Source: Terriglobia bacterium (GTDB lineage Bacteria > Acidobacteriota > Terriglobia > JAJPHL01 > JAPKYU01). Taken from it: 64,000 nucleotides of DNA. The position numbers and the translations under genes are program-made. Shown here in pieces: positions 59,298 to 64,000 of the stretch; within the stretch, counting starts at the first letter, position 1; each line of letters opens with the position of its first letter. The notes under the pieces were generated by a model. The model did no database searches and was not told the DNA's origin. It worked only from the letters and a program-made list of their open reading frames with translations. Location: NCBI GenBank assembly GCA_965206645.1, contig CBDBKE010000002.1, positions 672,001 to 736,000 on the forward strand. Reading direction: 5' to 3'.

Positions 59298-60011
59298 ATG
59301 AGGCGTTTTACGCTCTGCCGGTTTGTCTTCTGTTTATTGCTTTGCTTGGCCGTGTCCTCCCCTTCCTGGGCCGGCCAACCAGCGGACACCGCTTCCACAG
59401 CCAGCCCTTCCACACCCAGGTTGGACGCTCTGGTTCGCGTGCTGGAGAAGCATTACAACCGCATGCGAACCTTGAAGGCAAACTTTGTCCAGATTTACAA
59501 GACCGACGAACGGGCCCCCTCTCGTGAGGAGGCCGGGATTCTCTATCTGAAAAAGCCCGGCAAGATGCGCTGGGAATATACGCGCCCGGAGGTGAAGCTG
59601 TTTCTCTTGGATGGAAAGAGAATTTTCTTCTACGTCCCGGAGGACGGCCAGGTCATCCGGATCCCGGTCAAGCGGAGCGCCGACCTGCGCACACCGCTCC
59701 GGTTTCTGCTGGGACGCATGAACCTGAAGCGTACATTTCGCGTGGAGCTGGCGCGCGATGCGGCCCCACTGGATCCGGGCAACTCCCTGCTGCGGCTGCG
59801 GCCGAAAAAAAACAGGGAGCGCTTTCGAGAATTGCTGCTGGAGGTAGACGGCCGCCATCGCCTTCGCCGCATCAAAATCCTGGAAACCGACGGCACGATC
59901 ACCGAGTTTCGGCTTTTCGGCGAAATTCCCAACCCACCCCTGGATAGCGCCCTGTTCCGGTTTCGTCTTCCCCCCGGAGTGGAGCTGATCGAAGAATCTC
60001 GGGCACCGTAG
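59298..60011 (+). CDS. lolA: Outer-membrane lipoprotein carrier LolA family
   Basis: L.ANFVQ, YLKKPGKMRWEY..PE.KLF..DG, F.F..PPGVE. Confidence 0.9.
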   Translation: MRRFTLCRFVFCLLLCLAVSSPSWAGQPADTASTASPSTPRLDALVRVLEKHYNRMRTLKANFVQIYKTDERAPSREEAGILYLKKPGKMRWEYTRPEVKLFLLDGKRIFFYVPEDGQVIRIPVKRSADLRTPLRFLLGRMNLKRTFRVELARDAAPLDPGNSLLRLRPKKNRERFRELLLEVDGRHRLRRIKILETDGTITEFRLFGEIPNPPLDSALFRFRLPPGVELIEESRAP

Positions 60012-60123
60012 CGGTCTGCTGACCTCTTAGCCTTCGGTCTCCGTTGGCAACCGTCGTGCACGCGCGGGAACGGAAACCGCAGCTTATTGATGGATTACCA
60101 CCCAGTTCGTATGGTTCTTCCAT

Positions 60124-62691
60124 ATGAAAACCAGAAATAGCTCCCACATTCGCCTGGTGACAGTTTGGCTGTTTGTGACGTTGCTGCTGTCCTTCTGGAT
60201 GGCTCACCCGAGCCCACCGTCGCAGCAGCCCCGTCCGGTCTATCCCATGGCCAAGACCGGCGGCAATTACATGCACAACTACTACCCGCCGCCTGCCGGC
60301 AGCAGCACTCCGTGGTGGCCCTCCTGGTCTCCCGACGGCCAGTGGCTGGCCTTCGCCATGCACGGCTCGGTCTGGAAGATGCGCGTCGGCGAATGGGACG
60401 CCTACGAATGGGTCTACGCCCCCGAACACCTTTCCTCGCCGGAATGGTCCCCCGACGGCCGGTGGCTAGCCTACACCAGCGACAACGGGGAAAGCATCCA
60501 ACTGATGCTTCTGAATCTGGAAACCAACCAGGCAACGGCGCTTACCAGCGGCCACCACCTGAACCTGGACCCGGCCTGGTCGCCGGACAGCAAGCACTTG
60601 GCCTACGTCTCAACGGCGCCGAACGGATACTTCAACATCTATGTGATGGAGGTCAACGACGGGCAAAAGGGCAATGTGGTTGCCGTTACCCGGGATCACC
60701 GGTTCGGCCGGGACCGCCTCTATTTCGGCGACTACGATTTGCACATCTCGCCCACCTGGTCGCCCGATGGCCAGGAATTGATCTTTGTCTCCAACCGCGA
60801 GATTCCTCTCGGCTCGGGCGCACTGTGGCGCGCTCCGGTGGAAGCGGACGTGATGAACGCGGGCAAGGCCAAACGAATCCACAAGGAAGAGACGCTGTAT
60901 CGAACGCGCCCCCACTGGTCGCCGGACGGCAAGCGCATCATCTACAGCTCGCACCTCGGCCACCAGTACACGAACCTGTTCGTGCTTCCGGTCGGAGGCG
61001 GCGAGCCCTACAAGATGACCTTCGGCGAATACGACAGCTTCCACCCGCGCTGGTCACCGGACGGCGAATGGGTCGCCTACATCTCGAACGAGGAGGGTCT
61101 TCCGCAACTGAAGCTTCTGAAGAGCTGGGGAGGCCAGCAGCAACTGGTTCCCATCCGGTCCAAACGCTGGAGCCGGCCGATGGGCACGGTGACCGTGCGG
61201 GTGATCGACGGCGACACCGGGCAGGAAACCCCGGCCCGCATCTACCAGAAAGCCAGCGACGGCAAGCCCTACACCCCGAGTGATGCGTATGAGCGTCTCT
61301 CCCGGCTCAACCAGCACCTGTTCCACAGCACGGGACGCTACAGCGCCGAGGTCCCCGAGGGGCCACTCACCATCGAGGCGGTGAAAGGTTTTGAATATTG
61401 GCCGGCGAAGGTGACGCTTCAGGTCCGCGCGGGTCAGGTGCGATCGGTGAGGCTTACCCTGCGAAGGATGACTAACCTGAAGGCGAAAGGCTGGTACTCG
61501 GGCAGCAATCACGTGCACATGAATTACGGCGGCAACTTCCACAACACGCCGCGGAACCTGTTCCTGATGAATGCAGCCGAGGATGCCGACGTCATCTGCC
61601 ACCAAATCGCCAACAAGGACAACCGCATTCCGGATTATCAGTACTTCGTTCCCGGGCGCCTCTTGCACCCGCTCTCTACCCGGGAACGGATCATGCACAC
61701 CGGCCAGGAATACCGCCCTCCGTTCTACGGCCACATTTCACTGTTCAACTTGAAGGAGCACTTGATTTCACCTTTTACTACCGGCTACGAAGGCACGGCG
61801 ATCGAGAGCCTGTATCCATCGAACACCGACATCCTCCGCTATGCCCGGCAGCAGGGGGTCATCGGCGCCTATGTTCATCCCTTCGGCGGCGAGCGCAGCC
61901 CGTTGGAGACGAACCTGGGCGTCGCTAAGGCATTTCCGGTGGACGTGGCCCTGGGGACGGTCAGCTACCACGAACTATGGTCTTCGGCCAGCGAAGCTGC
62001 GCTGGTCCCGTGGCATCACGCCCTGAACAACGGGTTTCGGGTTCCGGTCACTGGCGGCGAAGACTCCATCTCGAACCTGCACCGCACCGCCTTGGTGGGC
62101 GCCGTGCGCGGCTATTTCTTCCTGGGACCGGGAAAACTAAGCTGGGAAAACTTCATGGCCGCATTGTTGAAAGGTCGCGGATTTGTGACCAATGGGCCCT
62201 TGCTGGAGTTTTGGGCTGACCGGGCGATGCCGGGAGATGAGATCCGCCTGCCGAACAATGGAGGCAGCATCCGCCTCCGCGGCGTGCTGCACTCCATTGT
62301 TCCGCTCGACCGGCTGGAGGTGGTTCACAACGGCAAGGTCATCGAACGAATCCCTCTCGCCGGCGACCGCCATCGCACGGCCTTCCAGAAGCAGATCCAG
62401 GTGAAGCGCAGCGGCTGGTACACGCTGCAAGCTATGGCTGAGCGCCCCACTCACCCCGTCGAGGACAGCCGTCCCATGGCTACCACCAACCCGATCTACG
62501 TTTACGTCGGGGATCAGCCAATCCGCAGCAAGGAGTCGGCCGACTACTTCGTCCGCTGGATTGACCAGCTGGTTCGGATGGCGAGCGAGCATCCCGGCTG
62601 GCGGTCCGAAAAAGAAAAGCAACATGTGCTGGCGCAGTTTCGGCAGGCCCGCGAGGTTTACCTAGAGCGAGGCCGGGAGGCGGCCGATTGA
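60124..62691 (+). CDS. TolB-like PD40-repeat plus CehA/McbA-like (PHP) metallohydrolase
   Basis: Six PxWSPD(G/S) repeats, GWYSGSNHVHM, GQEYRP, YVHP, GGEDS, FVTNGP. Confidence 0.88.
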   Translation: MKTRNSSHIRLVTVWLFVTLLLSFWMAHPSPPSQQPRPVYPMAKTGGNYMHNYYPPPAGSSTPWWPSWSPDGQWLAFAMHGSVWKMRVGEWDAYEWVYAPEHLSSPEWSPDGRWLAYTSDNGESIQLMLLNLETNQATALTSGHHLNLDPAWSPDSKHLAYVSTAPNGYFNIYVMEVNDGQKGNVVAVTRDHRFGRDRLYFGDYDLHISPTWSPDGQELIFVSNREIPLGSGALWRAPVEADVMNAGKAKRIHKEETLYRTRPHWSPDGKRIIYSSHLGHQYTNLFVLPVGGGEPYKMTFGEYDSFHPRWSPDGEWVAYISNEEGLPQLKLLKSWGGQQQLVPIRSKRWSRPMGTVTVRVIDGDTGQETPARIYQKASDGKPYTPSDAYERLSRLNQHLFHSTGRYSAEVPEGPLTIEAVKGFEYWPAKVTLQVRAGQVRSVRLTLRRMTNLKAKGWYSGSNHVHMNYGGNFHNTPRNLFLMNAAEDADVICHQIANKDNRIPDYQYFVPGRLLHPLSTRERIMHTGQEYRPPFYGHISLFNLKEHLISPFTTGYEGTAIESLYPSNTDILRYARQQGVIGAYVHPFGGERSPLETNLGVAKAFPVDVALGTVSYHELWSSASEAALVPWHHALNNGFRVPVTGGEDSISNLHRTALVGAVRGYFFLGPGKLSWENFMAALLKGRGFVTNGPLLEFWADRAMPGDEIRLPNNGGSIRLRGVLHSIVPLDRLEVVHNGKVIERIPLAGDRHRTAFQKQIQVKRSGWYTLQAMAERPTHPVEDSRPMATTNPIYVYVGDQPIRSKESADYFVRWIDQLVRMASEHPGWRSEKEKQHVLAQFRQAREVYLERGREAAD

Positions 62692-62816
62692 CGACTCCGG
62701 GTCGGCGAAGTAGGTTCGGGAAGGAACGGGAGCAGCCCCGCAATGGATGAGGCACTTGCGCCTCGGTTGCTGACGATACGAATGGGCGCAATGACTTATC
62801 GGTAGGAGCAGATTCT

Positions 62817-62950
62817 ATGGCACATGAAGCTGTCACCATATTGGGGGGTGGCAATACTGCCTTCTCAGTAGCCGCGAACCTAACGTTGCGTGGATATAGA
62901 GTGATTCTCTACGAGATCCCCGGATCTGAGGCCTCCTTGGCACCGGTGAA
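62817..62950 (+). pseudogene. N-terminal fragment of an opine dehydrogenase-like Rossmann protein
   Basis: MAHEAVTILGGGNTAFSVAANLTLRGYRVILYE, then loss of homology. RBS AGGAG. Confidence 0.65.
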
Positions 62951-63034
62951 GAACACCAGCAGCAGCTGGGCAAGGAAGTGGGGTTTCTCCGGTTTCGGCC
63001 ACCTTGCCAGCAATGCCTTGCCCCACCTTGACCC

Positions 63035-63964
63035 GCCTCCGGGTACCGCACCCGCAGCGTGCTGTGCATGCCCATCCGCAACAAGACCGGGGAAACCATT
63101 GGCGTGATCCAGCTACTGAACAAAACCCAGGGCACCTTCGGGGTGGAGGACGAAGAATTCCTCCAGTCGCTGACCGTCCACATCGCCATCGCCCTGGAGA
63201 ACGCCAAGTTGCACGCCGAAGTGGTGGACCAGCAGCGCATCCGCACCGAGCTGGCTCTGGCCCGGCAGATCCAACAGAACCTGCTGCCCCGGCCGCCCGA
63301 ACGCTGGCACCGCTACCGTGTTGCGGCCCTAGCCGAGACCTGCTTCGAGGTCGGCGGCGACTTCTACGATTTCTTGACCGTCTCCCCCACGACCATGGCA
63401 GTGGTGATCGCTGACGTTTCCGGCAAGGGAGTCTCATCAGCACTGGTGATGTCCACGATGCAGGCCACGTTCCGAGCCATGCTGGTGGGTGTGCACTCCT
63501 TCGAGCGCCTGCTGGTCAGGATGAACGAGGTCATTCACGACTACACGGATGGCCGCATGTTCGTCACCCTTTTCCTGGCTTTGCTGGACAGCGAAAGCAG
63601 CAAGCTGCACTTCATCAACGCCGGGCACAATCCGCCGGTCCTGATCCATAAGGACGGCAGCTGCGAACAACTGGAGGAGGAAGGCACGGTGCTGGGGCTG
63701 CTGCCCGACGTCAGCTACACCCGCGCCCAGACCGACCTGCTGCCTGGCGACGTGCTGCTACTCTATACCGACGGGCTGGTGGAAGCGACCAATGCCGCTG
63801 ACGAGATGTTCGGCATCGAGGGCCTGGTGGACAGTGTCCGGGCCTCGCCCGATGGGTCTCCTGAGGCCACCATTGTCTCCATCGTTTCCAGGGTTCGGGA
63901 ACTCACGGGGGGCGCGCCGCAGTCGGACGACCAGACGCTGGTCGTCATCTCCCCCGATAGCTAG
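63035..63964 (+). pseudogene. GAF plus SpoIIE/PP2C phosphatase (RsbU-like), 5' truncated
   Basis: SGYRTRSVLCMPI...VIQLLNK, VGGDFYD, ADVSGKG, NAGHNPP, YTDGLVE, DDQT. The first half of the GAF domain is absent or inverted. Confidence 0.85.
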
Positions 63965-64000
63965 GACCCTCACGCGCTTCCCGGGTTCCGCCCGGTCCTT

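Overview
High-GC bacterial chromosome segment, most consistent with Acidobacteriota from gene content (inferred, not tested). An intact core block at about 12.3-34 kb holds a SurA-like PPIase, gyrB-gyrA, a BNR-repeat protein, Ig-like/OmpA, a LytTR regulator, ccsA-hemA-hemC, apt, acylphosphatase and a Gld-like ABC transporter with DUF4340. Decaying accessory regions lie on both sides. Main observations: (1) a tRNA-Ala/tRNA-Ile/23S/5S locus with no 16S and a separate promoter for 23S; (2) a complete orphan integron-type cassette (methyltransferase plus attC) with no intI in view, downstream of tRNA-Ser and near an IS21; (3) two inverted IS3 copies bracketing about 16.6 kb, which contains a tRNA-Lys 3' duplication in the opposite orientation to the tRNA; (4) a branched-chain ABC substrate-binding protein fused to its permease; (5) a cpxP/cpxRA-like locus with a perfect CpxR box and an apparent stop at codon 2 of the regulator; (6) about a dozen disrupted genes, including a templated 14-bp insertion and an inverted GAF fragment. 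No CRISPR array was seen. All calls come from reading the sequence; no database searches were run.
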